Of a stretch of DNA of 64,000 nt, positions 42,067 through 50,679 are shown piece after piece. The notes under the pieces are model-generated. The model ran no database searches. It worked only from the letters and a program-made list of their open reading frames with translations, and was not told where the DNA came from. The translations under genes were made by a program, and so were the position numbers. Position 1 is the stretch's first letter, and each line of letters starts with the position of its first letter. The stretch lies in the NCBI GenBank assembly GCA_002347565.1, contig DDXR01000049.1, positions 42,302 to 106,301 of the forward strand, read 5' to 3'. The stretch is from a bacterium UBP2_UBA2255. Lineage in GTDB: Bacteria; Edwardsbacteria; AC1; EtOH8.

Positions 42067-42095
42067 ATTATAGCCACGGATCGCCGCTTTGTCAA
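42067..42095 (-). promoter_or_regulatory. Perfect consensus sigma70 promoter for the ncRNA
   Basis: Minus strand TTGACA (42095-42090), 17 bp spacer, TATAAT (42072-42067). Confidence 0.9.
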
Positions 42096-42164
42096 GTGGC
42101 ATTCGTCCGATTTTTCACTTTTTCCCTGCATCGCCGCCAACCTGTTCTATCTGTGAGTTTTCTG

Positions 42165-42193
42165 TTGCAAACCCGGTGCGGAAGGTCTATAAT
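42165..42193 (+). promoter_or_regulatory. sigma70 promoter for ispG (divergent from the ncRNA)
   Basis: TTGCAA, 17 bp spacer, TATAAT (42188-42193). Confidence 0.75.
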
Positions 42194-42199
42194 ATGACG

Positions 42200-43318
42200 A
42201 TGAGTCGAAACGATGGGACCGTGCGCCGGCGCTCCGCGACCGTCCGGATCGGATCGGTGACCATCGGCGGCGGCCGGCCGGTGGCGATCCAGTCGATGGC
42301 CAGCACCGACACCAGGGATGTCCGGGCCACGCTGGCCCAGATCCGGCGCCTGCAGAGGGCCGGCTGCGAGATCGTCCGCCTGGCGGTGCCCGACCGCGCG
42401 GCCGCCGCCGCCCTGAAGCAGATCCGCGCGGGGACCGCGGTCCCCCTTGTTGCGGACATCCACTTCGATCACCGGCTGGCGCTGGCGGCGCTGGATGCCG
42501 GAGTGGACAAGCTGCGGATCAATCCCGGGAACATCGGGCCGATTGAAAATGTTCGAGAGGTTGTAAAGGCTGCAAAGGTTCGCAAGGTTCCAATTAGAAT
42601 AGGGGTCAATGCCGGGTCGCTGGAGCGGGACATCCTGCGCAAGCACGGGCGCCCGACCGCGGCCGGCATGGTGGAAAGCGCCCTGCGGCATGCCCGGATG
42701 CTGGAGCGGCTGGACTTTCGCGGCATCGTGCTGTCGCTCAAGGGCTCGGACGTGCCGATGACCATCGCCGCCTGCCGGCTGATCGCCGGGAAGGTCCCCT
42801 ATCCCCTGCACCTGGGCGTCACCGAGGCGGGGACGGCCTTCGCCGGTGCGGTGCGATCGGCAGTGGGCATCGGGACCCTGCTGGCCGAGGGCATCGGCGA
42901 CACCATCCGCGTGTCGCTGTGCGGCGACCCGGTCAGGGAAATGGAGGCCGCCAAGCTGATCCTGCAGTCGCTGGGCCTGCGCAGCTTCGGCCCGACCGTG
43001 ATCGCCTGCCCCACCTGCGGCCGCTGCAGCATTGACGTCGAGAAGATCGCCCGGCGCGTGGAAGCGGCGGTCAAAGGGATCGGGCGGCCGCTGAAGATCG
43101 CGGTGATGGGCTGCGCGGTCAACGGGCCGGGCGAGGCGCGGGAGGCCGACGTCGGCATCTGCGGCGGCCGGGGCCGCGGCGCGCTGATCCGCAGGGGGAG
43201 GGTCGTGGCGACGGTGCGGGAGCGGGAGCTGGTGCCGGCCCTGCTGCGGGAGATCGCGGCACTGTCCCGGGGACGCCGCGCGTCCCCGAAGAACCAGAAC
43301 CAACGAACGACGGGATAA
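42200..43318 (+). CDS. ispG: (E)-4-hydroxy-3-methylbut-2-enyl-diphosphate synthase
   Basis: IQSM..TDT.D, PLVADIHFD, RINPGNIG, PLHLGVTEAG, GIGDTIRVSL, CPTCGR, VMGC.VNGPGE. Confidence 0.96.
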   Translation: MSRNDGTVRRRSATVRIGSVTIGGGRPVAIQSMASTDTRDVRATLAQIRRLQRAGCEIVRLAVPDRAAAAALKQIRAGTAVPLVADIHFDHRLALAALDAGVDKLRINPGNIGPIENVREVVKAAKVRKVPIRIGVNAGSLERDILRKHGRPTAAGMVESALRHARMLERLDFRGIVLSLKGSDVPMTIAACRLIAGKVPYPLHLGVTEAGTAFAGAVRSAVGIGTLLAEGIGDTIRVSLCGDPVREMEAAKLILQSLGLRSFGPTVIACPTCGRCSIDVEKIARRVEAAVKGIGRPLKIAVMGCAVNGPGEAREADVGICGGRGRGALIRRGRVVATVRERELVPALLREIAALSRGRRASPKNQNQRTTG

Positions 43319-43324
43319 CGAACC

Positions 43325-44440
43325 ATGTTCAAGACCAACGAGGGCAGCACCGGCCGGCTGGTGCAGCTGTGCCTGGCCTACCTGTTGACGTACGTGGTCT
43401 ACAGCGTGGCCACCAAGTACTACACCGGACCGGCCGCCAGGGGGCTGCCCGGGGTGGACAACTGGGAGTTCCTGGTCTACAGCACATTGGGCGGCAGCCT
43501 GGTGTGCCTGGCGGTGGTGTCCGCCTTCCGCTGGGCGCGGATGGAGTCGGCCAACATGATCGCCTGGGGCCCGGTCAGGTTCCCCGCGGAATACCTCTAC
43601 ATCATCCCGTCGGGCATCTGCACCGCGGTGGTCATTCCCACCACCACCCTGCTCTACATGCTGCTGCGCTCGGTGATGGTGGCCATGCTGATCATGCGCG
43701 GTTCGGTGATCATCTTCTCACGGATCATCGACGCCATCCAGATCAGGCAGGGCATCCTCCACAAGAAGGTCTACTGGGAGGAGGAGGTGGCGGTGCTGTT
43801 CGCCATCGCCGCGGTCGGGCTGCAGATGTTCTTCGTCAAGGAGGCCGGGGGCAGCGACCTCGTCAAGAACACACTGGCCATGCTGGTGCTGGGGAGCTAC
43901 CTGCTGGCCTATTTCATCCGCATCTACATCATGAACTACTACAAGAACACCCGGGGCAAGGGATGCCGGCAGGACAACAAGGCCTTCTTCGGCGTGGAGC
44001 AGCTGGCGGCATCGGCCACCATCCTGCTGGCGCTGGCGGCGCTGCTGCTGCTGCCCGCGGGTTCCGGCAAGGTCCTGGATTCGCTGCACCGCGGCTACCT
44101 GGCGGCCTCGGCCCACTGGCCGATGGTGGTGGCGTCCGGCGGCGTGTTCGGCGTCGTGGCGTTCTTCTCGGTGTTCATATTCATGTTCAAGGGGCGGACC
44201 GCCACGTTCGCCGGGCTGTCCAACCGGCTGACCTCGCTGGTGGCCGGCACCCTGGCCACCCTGCTGTTCGCGCTGTTCTTCGGGGGCAAGTATCCCCAGG
44301 CCGGGGACTGGGTGGCGCTGGTGTTCATCTTCGCCGCCGTGGCTTTCATGACCAGGGCCGAGTCCAAGCGGGCGGCGGAGCTCAAGCGCGAGGGCGATAT
44401 CTGCGGCCCGGAGAATCCGGCGGCGCCGGCCAAGGCGTGA
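43325..44440 (+). CDS. Uncharacterised polytopic (~10 TM) membrane protein
   Basis: 371 aa, host-like codon usage, starts 6 nt after ispG, about 10 hydrophobic segments. Confidence 0.8.
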   Translation: MFKTNEGSTGRLVQLCLAYLLTYVVYSVATKYYTGPAARGLPGVDNWEFLVYSTLGGSLVCLAVVSAFRWARMESANMIAWGPVRFPAEYLYIIPSGICTAVVIPTTTLLYMLLRSVMVAMLIMRGSVIIFSRIIDAIQIRQGILHKKVYWEEEVAVLFAIAAVGLQMFFVKEAGGSDLVKNTLAMLVLGSYLLAYFIRIYIMNYYKNTRGKGCRQDNKAFFGVEQLAASATILLALAALLLLPAGSGKVLDSLHRGYLAASAHWPMVVASGGVFGVVAFFSVFIFMFKGRTATFAGLSNRLTSLVAGTLATLLFALFFGGKYPQAGDWVALVFIFAAVAFMTRAESKRAAELKREGDICGPENPAAPAKA

Positions 44441-44677
44441 CCCCGCCCCCGCCGTTCCGGGAACGCGCCCCCTCCCCTGAGCAAAACAGGAGAGGGGGTC
44501 GTCGTCAGGCAAGGCCGCAAGCCGTCATGGTCTTGCCGCCGCAACCCTGTGACGTACGCGCCCCGGTCCCGGTTACTGGGAATCACCAGGGCCATAAGAT
44601 TGCAGCACACGGGGTAGCCGCTGCCAGGGTCGCCCGTCGCGAACGCCGGGTCATTGCATTTCCTGAAAAGGTTTTAG

Positions 44678-44706
44678 TTGAATTGTTCGGCGATTTCGTG
44701 TAAAAT
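44678..44706 (+). promoter_or_regulatory. sigma70 promoter for birA-coaX-rng
   Basis: TTGAAT, 17 bp spacer, TAAAAT. Confidence 0.6.
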
Positions 44707-44741
44707 ACTACGTTCACAAGCGTTACCCCTTATGCCAGGCC

Positions 44742-45527
44742 ATGAAGTTCCTGCAGATCGACTATATCACGGAAAACCTCCACACCCGGTCCATCGGAAA
44801 GAAACTGACCTATTTCGAGCGGCTGGACTCGACCAGCGCCAGGCTTTCCGCGCTGGCCGCCGATGGCGCCGCCGAGGGGACGGTGATCATCGCCGAGCAG
44901 CAGACGGCGGGCCGGGGCCGCACGGGCAGCGCCTGGTACTCGCCCCCCGGCGCCGGCCTGTACTTCTCCGTCCTGCTGCGGCCGGGGCTGCCGCTGATCA
45001 AGCTGTCCGGGTTGACCCTGGCGCTCGGCCACGCCGCGGCCACGGCCGTCGAGGCGGCCGCCGGCGCCGTGATCCAGGTCAAGTGGCCCAACGACCTCTA
45101 CTGCAACGGGCGCAAGTGCGGGGGCATCCTGGCCGAGGCCGGCGCCGGCGACGGGCCGCCGGTCGTGGCCGGGATCGGCATCAACGTCAACAACGACTTC
45201 CTGCCGCTCGAGCTCTGCGAGAGCGCGACCTCGCTGCGGCTGGAAACGGGCCAGTCGGTGTTCCGCGAGGGGCTGCTGGTGGCGCTGCTGGCCGCGATCG
45301 AGCGCGACTACGGCCTGTTCCGCAGCGACGGGCTGGCGCCGTTCCTGGAGCCGCTGCAGGCGAGGTCCTTGCTGGCCGGCCGCCGGGTGGTGGTCGAGGG
45401 CGAGGGCGGGGTCGCGGCCGCCGGCGTGGCGACCAGGTTCGACGGCCATGGCGCGCTGCTGCTGATCAATGAAAAGGGGGAGACGATGCGAATGACATCC
45501 GGCACCGTGCGGGAGGTCGGCGAATGA
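44742..45527 (+). CDS. birA: Biotin--protein ligase (no N-terminal HTH)
   Basis: DST, AEQQTAGRGR, W.SP, KWPNDL, K.GGIL.E, GIGINV. Confidence 0.93.
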   Translation: MKFLQIDYITENLHTRSIGKKLTYFERLDSTSARLSALAADGAAEGTVIIAEQQTAGRGRTGSAWYSPPGAGLYFSVLLRPGLPLIKLSGLTLALGHAAATAVEAAAGAVIQVKWPNDLYCNGRKCGGILAEAGAGDGPPVVAGIGINVNNDFLPLELCESATSLRLETGQSVFREGLLVALLAAIERDYGLFRSDGLAPFLEPLQARSLLAGRRVVVEGEGGVAAAGVATRFDGHGALLLINEKGETMRMTSGTVREVGE

Positions 45528-46288
45528 ACCTGTGCCTCGACATCGGCAACACCAAGGTCGCCATGGCGGTGTTCTCCGGCGACAAACTGATCCGCCAGTC
45601 GCGGATGGAGCACGGCGGGTCGCTGACCCACGAGGCCTTCTTCAGCTACATGGAGAAGGTGATCGGGGTGCGGTCCATCAAGAAGGCGGCGCTGATCTCG
45701 GTCGTGCCCGAGATGACCAAGATCGTCAGCGGGGTGGTGCGGGAGCTGCTGGCCGTCAATCCGCTGGTGATCCATTCGCGCCTGCTGCCGGGGTTCAAGA
45801 TCGGGTACCGCAGGCCCGACCAGCTGGGCGCGGACCGAATGATGAACGCCTTCGCCGCCTGGAAGCTGTACCGCGGGCCGGCCCTGGTGGCCGACATCGG
45901 CACCGCGGTCACCTGGGACGTCGTCGACGCCCGGGGCGTGTTCCGGGGCGGGGCCATCGCGCCGGGGCCCGGACTGATGATCAGGGCGCTGGCCGAGCGG
46001 ACCGCGCAGGTCAAGGAGGTCGCGTTGCGCAAAACGCCGCCGGCCGCCGGGCGCGACACTGCCGAGTGCGTCCGCTCGGGCGTGTACTGGGGCACGGTCG
46101 GGATGATCGAGGACCTGGCCCGGCGCATCTCCGCCGAGCTGGGCATCAGGCCCCGGCTGGTGCTGACCGGGGGGCTGGGCCCGCTGTACTCGCCGGCGCT
46201 CAAGGGCTGGACCCACGACCCGCTGCTGTCGCTGAAGGGGATCAACGCCGTGCTGGCGGGGATAGAGATCAGGGAGAAGAAACGATGA
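45524..46288 (+). CDS. coaX: Type III pantothenate kinase
   Basis: LDIGNT, SVVP, LGADR, D.GTA.T.D, GGAIAPG, LTGG. Confidence 0.93.
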   Translation: MNLCLDIGNTKVAMAVFSGDKLIRQSRMEHGGSLTHEAFFSYMEKVIGVRSIKKAALISVVPEMTKIVSGVVRELLAVNPLVIHSRLLPGFKIGYRRPDQLGADRMMNAFAAWKLYRGPALVADIGTAVTWDVVDARGVFRGGAIAPGPGLMIRALAERTAQVKEVALRKTPPAAGRDTAECVRSGVYWGTVGMIEDLARRISAELGIRPRLVLTGGLGPLYSPALKGWTHDPLLSLKGINAVLAGIEIREKKR

Positions 46289-46339
46289 CCCCGCGCTGCG
46301 CCGCCGCTGGTGCGGCAGCCGGAATGGACGGGACCGCCG

Positions 46340-47839
46340 ATGCCGTTTGACATCATCGTCAACGCGATGCCGGCGGAGACGCGGATCGCGGTGCTCGAGG
46401 ACGGGCTGCTGACCGAATTCTGGATGGACCGCGAGACCACCCGGGCGTCGGTGGGCGATATCTACAAGGGACGGGTGGAGAAGGTGCTGCCAGGCCTGCA
46501 AGCGGCCTTCGTCGACATCGGCACCGGCAAGAGCGGTTTCCTGTCCCTGGACGACGTCGCGTTCGACCCGGCGGACTTCGATGACGATGACGGCGGGAAG
46601 GCGAAACGGCCGCGCCGGCTGGAGCAGCTGCTCAAGGCCGGCCAGGAGATACTGGTCCAGGTCACCAAGGAGCCGATCTCGGCCAAGGGACCGCGGCTGA
46701 CCGCCCAGGTGTCGCTGCCGGGGCGGCTGTGCGTGCTGGTGCCGGCCGAGTCGGGCATCGGGGTGTCGCGCCGCATCGAGAACCGCGAGGAGAGGCGCCG
46801 GCTGAAGGAGGCGGTCCGCGGGCTGCTGCCGCCGGGTTGCGGCGCCATTGTCCGCACCGCGGCCCAGGGCGAGCCGGACAAGAAACTGAAGGTCGACCTT
46901 TCCTGGCTGGCCAAGGCCTGGGACGGCGTCGCCGGGGCCGCCAAGAAGGTCCGGGCGCCGGCGCGGGTCCACGCCCAGCCGCCGCTGGTGATCGGCCTGC
47001 TGCAGGACCTGGCGTCCTACGACATCAAGCGGGTGGTGGTGGACGACAAGGGGATGCAGAAGCTGCTCGCCGACCAGCTGGGGAAGACCGATCCCGACCT
47101 CAGGCGCAAACTGCAGCTGCACAAGGGCGACCGGCCGGTGTTCGAGGCCTACGATGTCGAGGGCCAGCTGGAGAAGGCCGTGCAGCGCAAGGTCTGGCTC
47201 AAGGGCGGCGGCCACCTCACCATCGAGCAAACCGAGGCCCTGGCCGCCATCGACGTCAATTCCGGCAAGTTCGTCGGCCGCTCCAACCCCGAGGACACCG
47301 TGTTCAAGGTCAACCTGGTCGCGGCCCGCGAGGTGGCCCGCCAGGTCCGGCTGCGCGACATGGGCGGCATCATCGTGATCGACTTCATCGACATGGAGAA
47401 GCGCAGCCACCGCCAGGCCGTGGTCGACGAGTTCAAGAAGGCCCTCGCCAGCGACCGTTCCCGGCCCAAGGTGTACGACATCTCGCCGCTGGGCCTGGTG
47501 GAGATGAGCCGTAAGCGGGTGCGCCCCAGCCTGTGGCAGAGCCTGTCGCAGGAATGCCCCGCCTGCGGTGGCACCGGCCGGGTGCTGTCGCCGCTGACCA
47601 TGGCGCTCAAGCTGGAGCGATGGCTGGCCGGCCGGGGAGAGGGGCTGAAGCGGAGGAAGATCCAGATCGCGGTGAATCCGGCGTTCCTCGACCACTTGCG
47701 GGGCGACGGCGCCCACGTGATCAGCAACCTGCGGCGGCAGCAGCGGACCGAGGTGTACCTGGTGGCCGACAAGCAGCTGCCGATGTCCGAGTTCGCGGTG
47801 ACCGACCTGGACGGCGGGCAGCTGCTGACCGACCAGTGA
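46340..47839 (+). CDS. rng: Ribonuclease E/G family (RNase G-sized)
   Basis: GDIYKGRV..VLPGLQAAFVDIG, QV.KEP...KGPRLT, IDVNSGKF, RLRD.GGIIVIDFIDM, CPAC.G.G. Confidence 0.93.
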   Translation: MPFDIIVNAMPAETRIAVLEDGLLTEFWMDRETTRASVGDIYKGRVEKVLPGLQAAFVDIGTGKSGFLSLDDVAFDPADFDDDDGGKAKRPRRLEQLLKAGQEILVQVTKEPISAKGPRLTAQVSLPGRLCVLVPAESGIGVSRRIENREERRRLKEAVRGLLPPGCGAIVRTAAQGEPDKKLKVDLSWLAKAWDGVAGAAKKVRAPARVHAQPPLVIGLLQDLASYDIKRVVVDDKGMQKLLADQLGKTDPDLRRKLQLHKGDRPVFEAYDVEGQLEKAVQRKVWLKGGGHLTIEQTEALAAIDVNSGKFVGRSNPEDTVFKVNLVAAREVARQVRLRDMGGIIVIDFIDMEKRSHRQAVVDEFKKALASDRSRPKVYDISPLGLVEMSRKRVRPSLWQSLSQECPACGGTGRVLSPLTMALKLERWLAGRGEGLKRRKIQIAVNPAFLDHLRGDGAHVISNLRRQQRTEVYLVADKQLPMSEFAVTDLDGGQLLTDQ

Positions 47840-47984
47840 ACAGCCGCGGGGAACCGCGCGTTCGACTGATCGCGATCTCCGGCCGGTGGTTTTCAACGGT
47901 CAGCACCGAGTGGCGCGGGTGGCGCTGGCTGACCGGCGATCGGGGCGGAAAACAGGCTCGGCCGTTTATTTTCCCGGTTTGGGA

Positions 47985-48014
47985 TTGACAGCACCAGCGG
48001 TTTTACGTTACAAT
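47985..48014 (+). promoter_or_regulatory. sigma70 promoter for tRNA-Leu
   Basis: TTGACA, 18 bp spacer, TACAAT. Confidence 0.65.
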
Positions 48015-48077
48015 CATGCAGGGTTGAGGCATTCCGACAGGCTTGCAATTGAACGGGTTAGCAAATCGGGTCACTGT

Positions 48078-48164
48078 GCCGGGATGGTGGAATTTTGGTA
48101 GACACGTACGTTTGAGGTGCGTATGGCGCAAGCCATGTGGGTTCAAGTCCCACTCCCGGCACCA
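48078..48164 (+). tRNA. tRNA-Leu (anticodon GAG)
   Basis: Acceptor stem GCCGGGA/TCCCGGC plus ACCA; anticodon arm TACGT-TTGAGGT-GCGTA; long variable arm TGGC-GCAA-GCCA; T arm GTGGG-TTCAAGT-CCCAC. Confidence 0.97.
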
Positions 48165-48270
48165 TGTCATCGGCCGCAGGCCAGGCTCTTGCCCATGCTC
48201 GGCCGCGCGCGAAACCCCCAGGGTTCGGCTCTTTCCCGGCCACTCCCGTCGTTAACCGCGAGATGATTCC

Positions 48271-49233
48271 ATGACCTTCGTTGACCTGATCATCGAGCGC
48301 CATTCGTGCGACCACGCGCTGCAGCAGGCGGTCGCCCTTATCAACGCGCGGCGGTACCGCCAGGCCATCCCCATTCTGGATGCGCTCCACCGCCGAGAGC
48401 CGCAGGGCTGCATCCAGAGCAGCGAGGTGGTGCAGTTCTACCTGATCGAGTCGCGCATGGCGCTGGCCCGCCGGGCGGCGCAGCGACGGGCGCTGGCCGA
48501 GGCGATCCGCGAGTACGGCGCGGCCGCGAAGCTGGCGCCGCGGTATGCCGACCTGCGCCATGCGCTGGGGATGATCGAGTACGAGCGGAGGCGCTACGCG
48601 GCAGCCGCCGCCGAGTTCCGCCGGGCGCTGCGGATCAACCCCCGGTACCAGGCGGCGCGCGTCCAGCTCGGGCTGACGATGCTCCGGCAGCGCCGGTACC
48701 GGGCCGGCCTGCGCCTGTTCGCCGGCCTGGCGCGCGACTGCAGCCTGGTCGACCAGGAGCGATACGACCGCGCCGTGGCCGCGGCGCAACGCCGCCGGTA
48801 CCGGGAGGCCGAGGGCGGTTTCGCGGCGGCGTTCCGGTCGAGGCCCGACCGGGGAAGGGCCCTCTGCGCCATGGGCCAGGACGCCTATCGGGAGAGCCGT
48901 TACGACGAGGCCATCCGCCATTTCCGGCAGGCGCAGCGGCTGGCACCGGGCTATGCGGATGTTTACAACAATCTCGGCGCCTGCTACAGCCGGAAAGGGA
49001 ACTGGGGCAGGGCGGCCCGCTGTTTCGCCATGGCGGCATCGCTGGCTCCGCGCTTCACCCGCGCCTGGCTCAACCTGGCGTATGTCTGTGACCGGCTGGG
49101 CGACCGCGAACGGGCGGCGAGGGCGGCCCGTAGCGCCCTGCGGCTGGACCCGGCGAACAAGCTGGCGACCGCCATCCTGCGCCGCGACGGCGCAACCAGG
49201 ACGGCGGCACTGAAGGACCGGCAGCATGGCTGA
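48271..49233 (+). CDS. Tetratricopeptide repeat protein
   Basis: Repeated TPR motifs (P.YADLR..LG, AL.INP.Y..A...LG, P.YADVYNNLG). Confidence 0.85.
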   Translation: MTFVDLIIERHSCDHALQQAVALINARRYRQAIPILDALHRREPQGCIQSSEVVQFYLIESRMALARRAAQRRALAEAIREYGAAAKLAPRYADLRHALGMIEYERRRYAAAAAEFRRALRINPRYQAARVQLGLTMLRQRRYRAGLRLFAGLARDCSLVDQERYDRAVAAAQRRRYREAEGGFAAAFRSRPDRGRALCAMGQDAYRESRYDEAIRHFRQAQRLAPGYADVYNNLGACYSRKGNWGRAARCFAMAASLAPRFTRAWLNLAYVCDRLGDRERAARAARSALRLDPANKLATAILRRDGATRTAALKDRQHG

Positions 49234-49882
49234 GTTCAAGGATTACTACGCAGTCCTGGGTGTCGGCCGCACGGCCGCGGAGCAGGAGATCAAGGCCGCC
49301 TACCGGCGGCTGGCGGTGAGGCTCCATCCCGACAAGAACCCGGCCGAGAGCAAGCAGGGATTCGCCAGCAGCCAGTTCCAGGACGTCAACGAGGCCTATC
49401 ATACCCTGGTCGACCGCAGAAAGCGAGACGCCTACAACAAGCAGCTGCTGGCCCGCCAGACCGGCATGTCCGACGGTCACACGTACGAGGCCAACCAGGC
49501 CGAAATGGTGTACCGCCAGGGGGTCAAGGCCTACAACGAACAGAATTTCAAGCGGGCGGTGGAGTACTTCAAGGCCGCAGTCAGGCTCAATCCCAAAAAG
49601 GCGTCCTACTACGACCGGCTGGGGATCGCCATCGTGAAATCCGGCGGATCGATCGAGGACGCCCGCGCCCAGTGCGAAAAGGCCCAGCAGATGGAGATGT
49701 ACAACCCCGAGCACTACCTGTCGATGGGCATCATCTACCAGCTGGCCGGGCTGGGGGACAAGGCCCGGGAGCAGTTCCGGGAGGCCCTCAAGTGGGATCC
49801 CGCCAACGCCGCCGCCAAGCAGCGCCTGGAGCAGCTCGGCCGGAGCAAGAAGGGGTTCTTCGGCAAGATGTTCGGCGGGTGA
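49226..49882 (+). CDS. J-domain (DnaJ) protein with C-terminal TPRs
   Basis: DYYAVLGV...EIKAAYRRLA..LHPDKN with intact HPD; TPRs; C-terminal KKGFFGKMFGG amphipathic tail. Confidence 0.9.
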   Translation: MAEFKDYYAVLGVGRTAAEQEIKAAYRRLAVRLHPDKNPAESKQGFASSQFQDVNEAYHTLVDRRKRDAYNKQLLARQTGMSDGHTYEANQAEMVYRQGVKAYNEQNFKRAVEYFKAAVRLNPKKASYYDRLGIAIVKSGGSIEDARAQCEKAQQMEMYNPEHYLSMGIIYQLAGLGDKAREQFREALKWDPANAAAKQRLEQLGRSKKGFFGKMFGG

Positions 49883-49940
49883 CCGACCCTCCCGTTGAAC
49901 GCGCCGCCTCCCGAGCCAACATCACGAAGGTAACCGTCCA

Positions 49941-50318
49941 ATGGACATGGCGAACTACGAGCAGCGGTTGAAGGAGCTGGTTGACAGCATCCCGGGTGCG
50001 GCGTCGGCCAACCTGACCGGCATCGACGGCATCGGGATCGCGGCCAGCAGTCTCGATCCGACGCTGGACCCGACGCTGGCCGACGCCGAGTTCGCCACCA
50101 TGCTGGCCACCGCCAACCGCGCCGCGGGCAACCTGCAGGTGGGTGACATCTCCGAGCTGATCTTCGCCACCGACAGGATCATGATCATCCTCAAGATGGT
50201 GGGCCAGGATTTCTACCTAGCGGTGGGGCTGCCGGCGGCCGCCGGCAACCTGGGGATGGCCCGGCTACAGATGCGCTGGGCGGTGGACGATTTCGCCAAG
50301 ATGCTGTACGCCGCGTGA
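49941..50318 (+). CDS. Roadblock/LC7 (MglB-like) domain protein
   Basis: L..LVDSIPGA..A.L.G.DGI.IA, LQVGDI.ELI, NLG.AR pattern. Confidence 0.82.
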   Translation: MDMANYEQRLKELVDSIPGAASANLTGIDGIGIAASSLDPTLDPTLADAEFATMLATANRAAGNLQVGDISELIFATDRIMIILKMVGQDFYLAVGLPAAAGNLGMARLQMRWAVDDFAKMLYAA

Positions 50319-50328
50319 GGAGGCTTTT

Positions 50329-50673
50329 GTGACGAACCACCAAAATGGATACCACGACCAGGCGTCCGAGATCATCAGGTCGCTGGCCGAGCGCGAGCGC
50401 GAGCTGTCCCGTTCGCTGGAGTCGGCCGAGGCCGAGGCCCGGCAGGCGATCGAGCGGGCCGAGGCGGCTGCGTCCGGCATTCGCGCAGCCGCTGCCGAGT
50501 CCGAGCGCCGCCTGGCGGCCGAGCATGCCGGGAGCTTGGCGGCGCTGGCAGATCAGATCGCCGCTGCCCGGGCGGCCCGGGCCGGGCAGGAGGCCGAGGC
50601 CCTGGCGGCCGCTGCCGCGGCCCGGATGGAGGCGGCCGTGTCGGAAGTCGTCAGGCGCGTGCTGCCGGAGTAG
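50329..50673 (+). CDS. V/A-type ATP synthase subunit G/H (peripheral stalk)
   Basis: Ala/Glu/Arg coiled coil ending AV..VV..VLP; directly upstream of subunit I as in Thermus. Confidence 0.8.
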   Translation: MTNHQNGYHDQASEIIRSLAERERELSRSLESAEAEARQAIERAEAAASGIRAAAAESERRLAAEHAGSLAALADQIAAARAARAGQEAEALAAAAAARMEAAVSEVVRRVLPE

Positions 50674-50679
50674 CCGCCG

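Noticed and set aside
45308-47896. Long minus-strand ORFs (862 aa here; also 52981-54993, 59636-61615, 50191-51975, 15811-17379)
   Set aside because: Antisense shadows of well-supported high-GC genes, with no domain motifs.
48078-48270. tRNA-Leu as an integration site for an island
   Set aside because: No integrase gene or duplicated tRNA 3' end seen in the window; downstream genes have host-like codon usage.
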